From an uncultured bacterium (GTDB lineage Bacteria; UBP4; UBA4092): a DNA stretch of 64,000 nt. The stretch's first letter is position 1; every line of letters begins with the position of its first letter. The position numbers and the translations under genes were made by a program. The notes under the pieces were generated by a model, which was given only the letters and a program-made list of their open reading frames with translations, was not told the DNA's origin and searched no databases. The stretch is taken from contig CAVYHJ010000026.1 in assembly GCA_963768165.1 (NCBI GenBank), positions 435,337 through 499,336 on the forward strand. Reading direction: 5' to 3'. This document shows, piece by piece, positions 45,398-55,815 of this stretch.

Positions 45398-47886
45398 TAT
45401 ATAATATCGGCATGAGTCGTCCTGTAGTTGTTTTTACTTTATGTTATATATTGGGAATTTTGCTTACGAGTTTTTTCCAAATTTCCACAGGTCTTCTTTT
45501 CTCGATTCTTTTCATAATTATTTGCATTTCTATCTTGATTCATTCCTATGCAAAGAAAATTAATTCTGTTCTATTAATCCTTTCATTTATTGTATTGGGA
45601 TTATTTCGCACCGCACAAGTGGGAGAAATATCTACCCACCAATTATTGGGAATGGAACAATACTCCAACGAACATGAATTTGTGTTCACCGGTCGTATCG
45701 TGGGTAATCCATTTTTATCATCACAACAAATTTCTTACATCGTTGACCATATAGCGATTCAAACGTCCAATGGGTTTGAACCGGTCAGTGGGAAATTATT
45801 GGTTAATCTTAAAAACAACGTATCCAATCAATATTTTTTATATAATGACCCCATTTTCGCCATGGGACAAATTCAAATTCCTCCCCTCCCTAGAAATCCT
45901 GGAGGATTTAATTACCGCGAATATCTGGTACGGCATGGAATTTACGGAATCGTCTATCTTAAAACCAATCGGATTTTTCTCGATACAAATATGCCTGAAT
46001 CGAACTTTGCTCATATCCTGAATCTGATTCCTCATTGTGGTTCAGAGATTCGTTATGAAATTGTTACAATAAACAATAAACTCATTCCAACTCCTTTCGC
46101 TGCTCTTGCCAACGGTATTTTTCTCGGTCTCCAATCCGATATACCCGATGAGATAAAGGATATTTATCGTAAAGCAGGGATATATCATCTGCTGGTTGTG
46201 AGCGGAGGACATGTATGGATGATGGGACTATTGGCTTTCGTCCTATTTCGCTCATTTTGTTTTAAACGTCGCTCCTCTGCAATCTTCACGATTCCCATCA
46301 TTCTATTCTACGGCTTCATCGCGGGATTCTCTCCACCGGTAACCCGTGCCGTTATTATGGCAGTCATCATATTATTGGGTTTAATTCTCCGTCGGGATAC
46401 CCAAGTCATTAACAGCCTCTCTCTTGCGGCCTGCATCATTTTACTTTTAAATCCCTACGAACTTTTTGATTCCAGTTTTCAATTTTCCTATCTGGCAGTG
46501 TTAGGAATTGCGACTCTAAGCCCGATACTGGAATCCATTTATCCCTTGAGAAGACCGCAAATTCTCATGAGGATTATCTACTGCACCCTGAGCGCTTTTA
46601 TTACTCTGATACCATTAATGGCAAAATACTTCAACCTTATACCCGTTTATTCGATGTTAACAAATATCGTGAACGCCCCATTAATTTCAATTTCTTTGCC
46701 CGCCTCTTTCTTAACAGGAATATCGTATCCCCTCTCACCCAATCTCGCTCAATTTATTGCCAATACCAATTGGCTTATCTTACGAGTCCTAACTAAAACC
46801 ACGGAATATATCGTCAATTCATCCGGTGCTTATATTATTGTTCCCAGTTGGCCTTTATGGCGAATATTGGTATATTACTTTTTTCTTCTTTGCTTTATCT
46901 ACGCTTTTAATCCCTTACAAGATCCTCCCGATTACCGTTTTCGGAAACACTGGCTCTATGCCGTTATGGTCTATTGTATTTTGTGGATTTTCATTCCTGT
47001 ATCATGGAATCACCATTCGGAACTCAAGGTCACATTTTTGGATGTAGATCAGGGAGATTGTATTGTCCTGGAATTTCCCAACGGAAAATCTGCACTGGTT
47101 GACGGTGGAGGTCGGGAACCGCTGGATCATGGCAAACGGGATATTCTCCCCTATTTATTTTCACACGGGATTACTCATGTTGACATGATAGTATTTACCC
47201 ATCCCGACAGTGACCATGCTGGAGGGTTGATTAGTGTTCTCGAAAGAGTCCCCGTTAATTTGGTTTTAGTAAACGGTTGGCCGGAAGCGAAAGAAAAACA
47301 ATATCTCCACGCCCTGAGCCTTGTCCAATCAAAAAATATTCCTTGCCAGATTGTTCATCGCGGACAAGAAATTCCCGATTTTGAACCCTGTCGAATTGAA
47401 GTTCTCAATCCACCTGAGTCCTTTCTCACTGGAACACCAGCGGACGATAATAATAACGGAATCGTGTTACGAGTCTCCTACGGCGATTATCAATTTCTCT
47501 TAACCGCTGATATCCAATCCGAAGCAGAACTAGATATGTTGAATGCCAACGTCCCACTAAATTCCACGATATTAAAAGTTGGACATCACGGGTCGAAAGC
47601 ATCCAGCACAGAGGCCTTTTTGGAGAAGGTCCATCCGTTGTTTGCTGTTATACAAGTTGGCAAACATAACCATTTCGGTCATCCCTCCCCACAAACACTG
47701 AACCGCTTAAATCAATTTCATATTCAAATCTACCGCAACGACCAAGACGGTGCAATAATTGCGAAGACAGATGGGAAAGTTTTACAGACTACTTCCATGG
47801 AAAAAGAATATGCTAATGCAAGGTCCGATATAACTGCAGAACCCGACTATGAATCTATTATTTCTCCAGATGAAGCTATACAATAA
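45391..47886 (+). CDS. comEC: DNA internalization competence protein ComEC/Rec2 with a C-terminal metallo-beta-lactamase domain
   Basis: A multi-TM competence domain and an MBL motif (FTHPDSDHAGG, KVGHHGS). The start is more likely the ATG at 45412, because 45391 overlaps the repeat. Confidence 0.85.
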   Translation: MGLYNIGMSRPVVVFTLCYILGILLTSFFQISTGLLFSILFIIICISILIHSYAKKINSVLLILSFIVLGLFRTAQVGEISTHQLLGMEQYSNEHEFVFTGRIVGNPFLSSQQISYIVDHIAIQTSNGFEPVSGKLLVNLKNNVSNQYFLYNDPIFAMGQIQIPPLPRNPGGFNYREYLVRHGIYGIVYLKTNRIFLDTNMPESNFAHILNLIPHCGSEIRYEIVTINNKLIPTPFAALANGIFLGLQSDIPDEIKDIYRKAGIYHLLVVSGGHVWMMGLLAFVLFRSFCFKRRSSAIFTIPIILFYGFIAGFSPPVTRAVIMAVIILLGLILRRDTQVINSLSLAACIILLLNPYELFDSSFQFSYLAVLGIATLSPILESIYPLRRPQILMRIIYCTLSAFITLIPLMAKYFNLIPVYSMLTNIVNAPLISISLPASFLTGISYPLSPNLAQFIANTNWLILRVLTKTTEYIVNSSGAYIIVPSWPLWRILVYYFFLLCFIYAFNPLQDPPDYRFRKHWLYAVMVYCILWIFIPVSWNHHSELKVTFLDVDQGDCIVLEFPNGKSALVDGGGREPLDHGKRDILPYLFSHGITHVDMIVFTHPDSDHAGGLISVLERVPVNLVLVNGWPEAKEKQYLHALSLVQSKNIPCQIVHRGQEIPDFEPCRIEVLNPPESFLTGTPADDNNNGIVLRVSYGDYQFLLTADIQSEAELDMLNANVPLNSTILKVGHHGSKASSTEAFLEKVHPLFAVIQVGKHNHFGHPSPQTLNRLNQFHIQIYRNDQDGAIIAKTDGKVLQTTSMEKEYANARSDITAEPDYESIISPDEAIQ

Positions 47887-48162
47887 TAAACGATGAATCG
47901 TTCTCTCTCTTTCGCTATATTTACCTTCTTCCCGGCAATCTTCACCCAATTCGCCAGTGCAATCTTAATCTCGATTTGCCTGCTCTTTTTAATTTTTGAT
48001 AGGAAATTCATAATACAAAACCTAACACCTCATAATATACTCTCCATAGGACTTACTTAAACATATACTTCTTTTGGAAATATACTTCAGTAATAGCTTT
48101 ATTTTTATGAGTAATTTTATAAAATGATTTCAAGATTCCAATAAAAAGCAGATTATGCGACA

Positions 48163-48672
48163 ATGATGAAAAGGTCAAGCCAATATAATTCTCAAACAAA
48201 GGCGGTGATTACAATGAAAAATAAATTTTTATTTTTTATATTGGGTATATTGACAATGATGTTTATTTATGGATTTACCCAGACGTCTCCTGTTTCCAAA
48301 ACAAAGGATACTAATTCAAACAATAATAATACGGCTACATCGGGAAACAGTATTTCTACAACAACTTCAAAACCCTTAATGAAAGCAAATTCTAATAAAA
48401 CCAGTGAGATAGATTCATTAAAGGCAGCGATTACTGAAATCAAATCTCAGGTTGGAGATATTAAATCACAATTGGACGAAATTCAATCTACAGTTCAGAA
48501 TATCAAATCCGATACTAAGAATATTAATGATGATAACCAAGCCGAATCCAAAGTGATGGGGGGATTTATCACGGACATGGAAGATATGAAAATGACAGTA
48601 GACACTATGACCGAAAGCCAGGAGGCTATAAAATCCAGTGTGGAAAATGTTGAGAAAAGAATCACGAGATAA
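48163..48672 (+). CDS. Hypothetical membrane-anchored coiled-coil protein
   Basis: TM (FLFFILGILTMMFIYGF), then Asn/Thr-rich linker and a heptad-like coiled coil (IKSQVGDIKSQLDEIQSTVQNIKSD). The start may be the ATG at about 48214. Confidence 0.4.
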   Translation: MMKRSSQYNSQTKAVITMKNKFLFFILGILTMMFIYGFTQTSPVSKTKDTNSNNNNTATSGNSISTTTSKPLMKANSNKTSEIDSLKAAITEIKSQVGDIKSQLDEIQSTVQNIKSDTKNINDDNQAESKVMGGFITDMEDMKMTVDTMTESQEAIKSSVENVEKRITR

Positions 48673-49044
48673 GAGATCTTGACGTTATAAATTAGAAATT
48701 CATGGCATCCCCCATAAATTTTGGTTATCATTCATAAAATTAATTTTACGAAACCTGTAACACTTATTGAGGATTTTTCGGCAAATGCCGAAATTTCAGG
48801 TCATTGATTTTATTGGAGATAAATTATTAACATTTGTTAATAATTATTTCATCATTCCCATGAAATGGTAGGCGTATCAAAATAATACACGAGACGAACC
48901 AGTCCATATTTTGTCCGGTGTTCGAGCGGAATTGAAAATAACAATTCCGCTTGGAAGCCATATATAGGATGGATGAGGTGATGTTATTTGACATGGTTTG
49001 GGGATGGGTGATACCCTAGTAAGATTAACCTTTTGAGGAGATTT

Positions 49045-49803
49045 ATGCTGGCTAAACGTATAATTCCATGTCTGGATGTGAAAGACGGGCGAGTCGTTAA
49101 AGGTGTTAATTTTGTCAATTTACGCGACGCGGGCGACCCCGTAGAGATCGCTGCAGCGTACGATGAGGAGGGCGCGGACGAATTGACGTTTCTAGATATT
49201 ACGGCTTCGCATGAAAAGCGTGACATTATCATTGATGTGGTATATCGCACAGCAGAGAAAGCGTTTATGCCGGTGACGGTGGGCGGTGGAATTAGAACCA
49301 TTGACGATATTCGGAATTTGTTGAATGCCGGAGCGGATAAAGTTTCAGTTAACACAGCGGCAGTGGACAATCCAGAATTTCTGAAACAGGCAGCGGATAA
49401 ATTCGGAGCGCAATGTATTGTTGTCGCTATTGATGCCAAGAAGACCAGCGAAAATCAATGGGAAGTTTTTACACATGGTGGTAGAAAACCTACGGGGTTG
49501 GATGCCGTTGAATGGGCTAAGAAAATGGAGTCTTACGGTGCGGGAGAGATATTGTTGACCAGTATGGACAGAGATGGAACGAAAGATGGGTATGATATCC
49601 CATTGACCCGGACAATTTCGGAGAATGTGAATATTCCCGTGATTGCCTCCGGCGGTGCGGGGAATTTGGAGCATTTGTATGATGCCTTGACGGAAGGAAA
49701 AGCCGACGCGGCATTATGCGCTTCGATTTTTCATTACCGGGAATATACAATTCATCAAGCAAAGGAATATTTACAGAAGAAAGGCGTGCCGATTCGATTA
49801 TAA
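49045..49803 (+). CDS. hisF: Imidazole glycerol phosphate synthase, cyclase subunit
   Basis: [20 protein letters not shown]..., a (beta/alpha)8 HisF pattern. SD GAGGAG 4 nt upstream. Confidence 0.9.
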   Translation: MLAKRIIPCLDVKDGRVVKGVNFVNLRDAGDPVEIAAAYDEEGADELTFLDITASHEKRDIIIDVVYRTAEKAFMPVTVGGGIRTIDDIRNLLNAGADKVSVNTAAVDNPEFLKQAADKFGAQCIVVAIDAKKTSENQWEVFTHGGRKPTGLDAVEWAKKMESYGAGEILLTSMDRDGTKDGYDIPLTRTISENVNIPVIASGGAGNLEHLYDALTEGKADAALCASIFHYREYTIHQAKEYLQKKGVPIRL

Positions 49804-49815
49804 AAAGGGATTATT

Positions 49816-50202
49816 ATGGAAGAGATTATAAAACAATTAAAATTTGATAAAGATGGATTGATTTGCGCGGTCGTGCAGGATTATAAGAATGACGAAATCC
49901 TGATGGTTGCGTGGATGAATAAAGAATCCTTTACAGAGACCTTGGAAACCGGAAAAGTGTGTTATTGGTCGAGGTCGAGGAGGGAACTTTGGCGAAAAGG
50001 CGAGACTTCGGGACATCGCCAAATGGTTAAATCGGTACAGATTGACTGTGATGGTGATGCGGTGCTGATAAAAGTTGATCAAATTGGCGGTGCGTGTCAC
50101 ACCGGTTACCGATCTTGTTTTTATCGCAAGGTCAAAGGTAACAAAGAATTTGAAATTGTGGGAGAAAAAATATTTGATGAAAAAGAAGTTTATAAGAGAT
50201 AA
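49816..50202 (+). CDS. hisI: Phosphoribosyl-AMP cyclohydrolase
   Basis: [28 protein letters not shown]...[12 protein letters not shown], the HisI signature. Confidence 0.85.
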   Translation: MEEIIKQLKFDKDGLICAVVQDYKNDEILMVAWMNKESFTETLETGKVCYWSRSRRELWRKGETSGHRQMVKSVQIDCDGDAVLIKVDQIGGACHTGYRSCFYRKVKGNKEFEIVGEKIFDEKEVYKR

Positions 50203-50205
50203 ATT

Positions 50206-51684
50206 ATGATTCAACCGTCATTAAAAGAGTTTAAAGAGAAAACAAAGAAGTATAATTTAATTCCGGTCTACCGGGAAATCCTGGCGGATTTGGATACGCC
50301 GGTTTCCGCGTTTCGGAAAATAGACCGTTCGAAATATGCCTATCTATTGGAAAGTGTGGAAGGCGGGGAGCAGATTGCACGATATTCGTTCCTCGGCTCA
50401 AACCCTTCGATTATTTTTCAAAGTAAAGGGCATACTATAAAAATTTCGCGGGATGGAAAACTCGAAAAGAAAGAAAAAATCAAAGATCCACTGGAAGAAT
50501 TAAAACGATTATTGAAAGATTATATAGTATACCGTGATCCGAATTTGCCACGGTTTTTCGGGGGCGCTGTGGGGTACCTGAGTTACGACATGGTGCGGTT
50601 CATGGAAAAATTACCGGATAAGAATCCTGATGATTTGAATTTGCCGGATATGTATTTCATGTTGACGGACACAATACTGGTTTTTGATCACGTCCGGCAT
50701 AAAATTAAAGTGGTGTCCAACGCGCATGTAGAAAAAGGAAAAGCGGAACAAGCGTACAAAAAAGCAGTTGCGAAAATTGAGACATTAATTAAAGTTTTAA
50801 ATTCGTCAAAATCAACCGCACCTGCAAAAGTGAAGAAGATAGCAAATCGCAAAATTACGTCGAATTTCAAACAACAAGAGTTTGAGAAAGCAGTCACAGG
50901 AGCAAAGGAATATATTAAGGCTGGAGATGTTTTCCAAGTGGTATTGTCGCAGAGATTCCAAACACCAATTTCCGCAACTTCTTTTGATATTTACCGCTCC
51001 TTACGCTCTGTCAACCCGTCACCGTATATGTTCTATTTGAAGTTTGATGATTTCAAGTTAGTAGGTTCATCACCGGAAATTTTGGTGCGGCAAGAAGACG
51101 GAAAAGTGCAATTGCGTCCCATTGCCGGAACACGTCCTCGCGGAAAAACCGCGGAAGAAGATGCGGCATTGATTAAGGATTTATTGGCAGACCCCAAAGA
51201 GCGGGCGGAGCATTTAATGCTGGTAGACTTGGGTCGAAATGATGTAGGTCGAGTCAGTCAATACGGATCGGTACATGTAACGGATTTGATGATCATTGAA
51301 AAATATTCCCACGTGTTGCATATCGTCTCGAATGTGGAAGGTAAATTACAAAAAGATAAAGATACTTTTGATGTTTTGCGTGCGTCATTTCCGCATGGGA
51401 CAGTAACAGGTGCGCCCAAGATACGTTCCATGGAAATTATTGATAAACTGGAACCCACGCGGCGAGGACCTTATGCAGGTACGGCAGGATATTTCAGTTT
51501 TTCCGGTAATCTGGATTCGTGTATTATATTGCGAACAATTGTAATTAAAGGCAAAACCGCGTATGTTCAAGCGGGCGCGGGAATTGTCGCAGATTCCGTA
51601 CCGGCGAATGAATATCAGGAAACGGTTAATAAAGCCAAAGGTATGTTTCGCGCTATCGAAATGGCAGAAGATGGACTGGAGTAA
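50206..51684 (+). CDS. trpE: Anthranilate synthase component I
   Basis: LLESVEGGE, GAVGYLSYD and a chorismate-binding C-domain (GTVTGAPKIRSMEII). Confidence 0.9.
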   Translation: MIQPSLKEFKEKTKKYNLIPVYREILADLDTPVSAFRKIDRSKYAYLLESVEGGEQIARYSFLGSNPSIIFQSKGHTIKISRDGKLEKKEKIKDPLEELKRLLKDYIVYRDPNLPRFFGGAVGYLSYDMVRFMEKLPDKNPDDLNLPDMYFMLTDTILVFDHVRHKIKVVSNAHVEKGKAEQAYKKAVAKIETLIKVLNSSKSTAPAKVKKIANRKITSNFKQQEFEKAVTGAKEYIKAGDVFQVVLSQRFQTPISATSFDIYRSLRSVNPSPYMFYLKFDDFKLVGSSPEILVRQEDGKVQLRPIAGTRPRGKTAEEDAALIKDLLADPKERAEHLMLVDLGRNDVGRVSQYGSVHVTDLMIIEKYSHVLHIVSNVEGKLQKDKDTFDVLRASFPHGTVTGAPKIRSMEIIDKLEPTRRGPYAGTAGYFSFSGNLDSCIILRTIVIKGKTAYVQAGAGIVADSVPANEYQETVNKAKGMFRAIEMAEDGLE

Positions 51685-51687
51685 ATT

Positions 51688-52254
51688 ATGATTTTAATGA
51701 TTGATAATTATGACAGTTTTACCTATAACCTTGTCCAATATCTCGGCGAGATGGGTGAAGAATTGAAGATTTATCGCAATGACCAGATTACGATTGAGGA
51801 AATTAAGAAATTAAAACCGGATAAGATTGTGATTTCACCGGGTCCCTGTACTCCGCATGAAGCTGGAATTTCCAATGATATTATTCGAGACCTGGGTTCA
51901 CAAATTCCGCTTTTGGGCGTTTGCCTCGGACACCAATGCATTGGCGAAGTATTCGGTGGAATTGTGAAACGCAATTACCGTTTGATGCATGGGAAAACAA
52001 GCCCGATTCATCATAATAAACAAGGAATTTTTAAAGGATTGGATGATCCATTTGATGCGACTCGGTATCATTCATTGGTGATTGAGCGGGAAACATTTCC
52101 TGATGTTTTGGAGATTACGGCGTGGACGGATGAACAGGAAATCATGGGAGTCCGACATAAAAAATATCCTATCTACGGAGTCCAATTTCATCCTGAGTCT
52201 ATTTTGACAGGACCGGGGAAAAAGATACTAAAAAACTTTCTGGAAGTTAAATAA
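51688..52254 (+). CDS. trpG: Anthranilate synthase component II / glutamine amidotransferase (TrpG/PabA type)
   Basis: MILMIDNYDSFTYNLVQYL..., GVCLGHQ catalytic Cys and the HPES motif. Confidence 0.85.
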   Translation: MILMIDNYDSFTYNLVQYLGEMGEELKIYRNDQITIEEIKKLKPDKIVISPGPCTPHEAGISNDIIRDLGSQIPLLGVCLGHQCIGEVFGGIVKRNYRLMHGKTSPIHHNKQGIFKGLDDPFDATRYHSLVIERETFPDVLEITAWTDEQEIMGVRHKKYPIYGVQFHPESILTGPGKKILKNFLEVK

Positions 52255-52259
52255 CCTAA

Positions 52260-52290
52260 CCCCCTTCCCCTCTCCTTGGTAGGAGAGAGG
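52260..52290. repeat. C-rich hairpin repeat, copy C (CCCCCTTCCCCTCTCC-ttggt-AGGAGAGAGG) between trpG and trpD
   Basis: 10-bp stem. Same motif family as copies A and B. Confidence 0.5.
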
Positions 52291-52308
52291 AAAAACAGAG
52301 ACCTATTT

Positions 52309-53322
52309 ATGATAAAAGAAGCGATTGCTAAGGTGGTGGAACAAAAAAATCTGACGCTGGAGGAAGCGCGTCAGACGATGGAAGAAATCATGTCCGGGCA
52401 ATGCACCGACGCGCAAATCGCTTCCTTTGTGACGGCGCTTCGCATGAAAGGCGAAACCGTGGAAGAAATCACGGGTTGTGCCATGGTCATGCGCGAGAAA
52501 GTCACTCGGATTCAATCTAAACATAAATTATTTGTAGATACCTGTGGAACGGGTGGAGACCGCAAGGGGACATTCAATGTTTCGACATGTGCCGCATTTG
52601 TGGTAGCGGGCGCGGGTGTGCCGGTGGCGAAGCATGGAAATCGTGCGGCGACCAGTTCCTGCGGGAGCGCTGATGTTCTGAAGGTTCTCGGCGTGAAGAT
52701 TGATTGCGACCCATCCGTGACGGAACGTTGTCTCAATGAAATCGGGATCTGTTTTCTTTTTGCCCCGCAGTACCATGGCTCAATGAAATTCGCTCTTCCT
52801 ACTCGTCAACAAATCGGAATTCGCACGTTGTTCAATATCATGGGACCCTTGACCAATCCGGCAGGGGCGCCCTGCCAAGCGTTTGGGGTATATAATCCTG
52901 ACCTTGCCGATATTATGATTCAGGTTCTTAAGAACCTGGGTTCCCATCATGCCCTAGCCTGTCACGGGATTGACGGATTGGATGAAATCACCATTTCCGG
53001 CGACACCAAAGTCGTGGAACTAAAAAATGGCAAAATTATGGATTATTATATCGAACCGAAAGATTTTGGTTTTCCGACAGCAAAATTGGAAGAAATTCAT
53101 GGCGGGACGCCAGAGGATAACGCACAAATGATTGTCGATATCTTATCTGGCAAAGATGGAGCACGTCGTCATATTGTCCTGATGAACGCCGGTGCTGCTA
53201 TCCTTGCGACCGATGTCGCAGAAACTCTTTCCGATGGTGTCATTAAAGCCGCCAAATCGCTCGATTCGGGTGCGGCAAAACAAAAGTTGGAAGAGCTAAA
53301 AAAGCTTTCTAATTCCAACTAA
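52309..53322 (+). CDS. trpD: Anthranilate phosphoribosyltransferase
   Basis: CGTGGD, a KHGNRA motif and a typical TrpD fold. The ORF-track TTG start at 52276 lies inside the hairpin, so the ATG at 52309 is preferred. Confidence 0.9.
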   Translation: MIKEAIAKVVEQKNLTLEEARQTMEEIMSGQCTDAQIASFVTALRMKGETVEEITGCAMVMREKVTRIQSKHKLFVDTCGTGGDRKGTFNVSTCAAFVVAGAGVPVAKHGNRAATSSCGSADVLKVLGVKIDCDPSVTERCLNEIGICFLFAPQYHGSMKFALPTRQQIGIRTLFNIMGPLTNPAGAPCQAFGVYNPDLADIMIQVLKNLGSHHALACHGIDGLDEITISGDTKVVELKNGKIMDYYIEPKDFGFPTAKLEEIHGGTPEDNAQMIVDILSGKDGARRHIVLMNAGAAILATDVAETLSDGVIKAAKSLDSGAAKQKLEELKKLSNSN

Positions 53323-53334
53323 ATGAATTTATAA

Positions 53335-54462
53335 TTAATGTTCGGGAAGAGCGCTAACAACCTTAAGCAAGTCCTCTTCCATATTGTAATAATGCGGAGA
53401 AATGCGTAACCTATCGGTTCGGACAGATGTATAGATTTTGTTGTCTTTAAGTAATTTATACAAATCTTTTGAGGGATATTTCTGGCTGTAACAACAGACA
53501 ATTCCAGACCATTCGTTTTCACCACGCGGGCTATGGGTCACATACCCTTTCTTTTCCAATTCGGTAATTAAAAAATCAGTGAGCGTTTTGATTCTGGTTT
53601 GTATTTCGGTGATTCCATTTTCAAATAAAAACTCGAATGCGGCAGAGGCTCCGGCAATCCCGGTGAAATTTAACATGGCATATTCCAGTCGGCGCGCGTC
53701 GGGCAACAGGGTCAGGTTATAATCCAAATAATTTTCTGCATCTATCACACTGTCCGCACCCACATACCAAAGTTTCAATTTATCCAGCAGTTCTTTCTTG
53801 CAATAAAATAAACCCACGCCACAAGGTCCGAGAAGCCATTTGTGCATTCCCGCAGTCACGGCATCCACATGAAATTCTTCTGCATTAAATTCCAGCACAC
53901 CTAAACCTTGAATCGCATCCACCATAAATATAATATCTTTTTGTTTGCAGAATTCTCCGATAGCTTTTAGATTATTACGATAACCACTGGCGAATTCTAC
54001 AAAACTGACAGAGATAATCCGCGTTCGGTCATTCACTTGAGAAACGATATCGTTCAATTCGATTTTCCCATTGCGTTCTTTCACCATGCGAATTTCTATC
54101 CCGCGGGAAGCCTGATTGAGCCAGGGATAAACATTGGCAGGATATTCGGCATTGGTAATGACGACATTCTCCCCGGGAACCCAAGGGAAACCGTTGGCGA
54201 GTACATTCACCGCCTCCGTGGTATTTTTCATAATAGCGACATCCACAGTCGGGACATGGATTAATTGGGCAAAAGCCTTGCGGGTATTTTTACAGCTCTC
54301 CATCCATTGACTATAATGGACACTGCCAAATTCACAAACATCGAGAATATTTTGCGCCATTTTATCGGCGACATAAGAAGAAATGGGTGACGTACCGGCG
54401 TGATTTAAAAAAAGGATATTTCTTAAAACAGGAAATTGGCTACGAATTTTATCAATATTCAT
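53335..54462 (-). CDS. Class V aminotransferase-fold PLP enzyme (cysteine desulfurase / isopenicillin-N epimerase-like)
   Basis: FLNHAGTSP N-terminal motif and a GMHKWLLGP PLP-lysine region. Confidence 0.7.
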   Translation of the reverse strand: MNIDKIRSQFPVLRNILFLNHAGTSPISSYVADKMAQNILDVCEFGSVHYSQWMESCKNTRKAFAQLIHVPTVDVAIMKNTTEAVNVLANGFPWVPGENVVITNAEYPANVYPWLNQASRGIEIRMVKERNGKIELNDIVSQVNDRTRIISVSFVEFASGYRNNLKAIGEFCKQKDIIFMVDAIQGLGVLEFNAEEFHVDAVTAGMHKWLLGPCGVGLFYCKKELLDKLKLWYVGADSVIDAENYLDYNLTLLPDARRLEYAMLNFTGIAGASAAFEFLFENGITEIQTRIKTLTDFLITELEKKGYVTHSPRGENEWSGIVCCYSQKYPSKDLYKLLKDNKIYTSVRTDRLRISPHYYNMEEDLLKVVSALPEH

Positions 54463-54506
54463 CCATATCAGTTTACCGAGGAAGAGGATTGATGTAAAGG
54501 GGATAT

Positions 54507-54770
54507 CTACGTGATTGAGCGGTTTATCCCCAAGGAACGAATTGCTTTCTTCCCTATGGCATCATGTTTCCATAGGCATGACAGGGAACAAAAAAACAAT
54601 CCGGGATAATGAGCCGAAGACATCTCCGCATGGTCCTTATTACAATGGGCACAATGGGTTACTTTCTTTACTGGAATTTTCGCGTCCATGTAATAAACCA
54701 CTTTTTCATCAACTAAACGTACAGCCATATCCTCTTCCTCCTTCGATAGGAATATAGGGGCAATCTGCAT
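54507..54770 (-). CDS. Small hypothetical Cys/His-containing protein
   Basis: ORF with HCAHCNKDH...CSLSC. No known family recognised. Confidence 0.3.
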   Translation of the reverse strand: MQIAPIFLSKEEEDMAVRLVDEKVVYYMDAKIPVKKVTHCAHCNKDHAEMSSAHYPGLFFCSLSCLWKHDAIGKKAIRSLGINRSIT

Positions 54771-55088
54771 GCCGTTTTATATAAAAAATTAGAACATTGA
54801 TAAAATTAGACTTGGGCGGTTTCTATAAAAAGAAAAACAAGGTTTGTAAATAACCCTAAACAGTTATGTTCAGGTAATCATACAAATATGTTGAATATGG
54901 TTTTCCCCCCAGCCTTTTTCAATGAATTGGAATTTGAGATTTTTTGTGGTATGACATTACGTAGATCTAGACATTTGACAAGATATCATTCCACTTAGAC
55001 GATTCTATATTATTCTTTATAGATTGTTCTTGTAATTTAGACCTTTTGATACGTTATATTCACGTTTCATACGTCCGGGTATGATAAG

Positions 55089-55799
55089 ATGGATAGATTA
55101 AAAATTGGAGAAAATAACGTGCAAATCTTTAAAAAACTGCTGGTTGTTCTATTCCTTTTGATGATCTGGAATAGAAGTGGTTATGGATCTGTACCCACCA
55201 GCAAAGTAATTAACGGAATCCGCGACCGTTTTGAGCAGATGGATGATTTTCAAGCGGCGATCGTCCAATCCAATATAGATGCCAAGGGAAATAAAACTGT
55301 TTATACGGGTGAAATTTGCTTTAAAAAACCGCAAAAAATCCGCCTGGCGTATTTTGACAAGAAATCGGTTAACCCTTCACAGATAGCGATTGCGAACGAT
55401 TCTACGATATGGGTGTATACAGCGGAATTGAAACAAATCACCCAACAAAAATTGGATTACAAGATCTTGCCTTTGCCGCTTTTGGTATTGGGCGGTGCGA
55501 CAAGGATAGATGAGCATTTCCGGGAAAAAAACTATATCAAACCGATTGAACGGGTCATTCTCAAAGGTGTAGAGACATTTCAGATTATTGTGAAACCCAA
55601 AACGAAAAATCCGGAGTTTTCCCAAGAGACGTTATGGGTGGAGACCAAGACCTATTTACCGGTTAAAGCAGAAATCACGGATACATTGGGGAATACCGCG
55701 ATTGTGGAATTCAGTGACAAGAGAAGTAATCAGGATTTGCCAGATTCCTTATTCATCATGGAGAAAAAAGACGGGGTTTCATGGGTGGATATCGATTAG
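55089..55799 (+). CDS. LolA-like outer-membrane lipoprotein carrier/sorting protein
   Basis: Signal peptide and a LolA-like core (DRFEQMDDFQAAIVQSNIDAKGNKTVYTGEICFKKPQKIRLAY). An alternative GTG start at about 55128 is possible. Confidence 0.55.
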   Translation: MDRLKIGENNVQIFKKLLVVLFLLMIWNRSGYGSVPTSKVINGIRDRFEQMDDFQAAIVQSNIDAKGNKTVYTGEICFKKPQKIRLAYFDKKSVNPSQIAIANDSTIWVYTAELKQITQQKLDYKILPLPLLVLGGATRIDEHFREKNYIKPIERVILKGVETFQIIVKPKTKNPEFSQETLWVETKTYLPVKAEITDTLGNTAIVEFSDKRSNQDLPDSLFIMEKKDGVSWVDID

Positions 55800-55815
55800 G
55801 AGTTAGGAATTAATT

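Noticed and set aside
52276-52308. ORF-track start of trpD at 52276 (TTG)
   Set aside because: That codon lies inside the CCCCTCTCC/AGGAGAGAGG hairpin repeat. The ATG at 52309 gives the canonical TrpD N-terminus.
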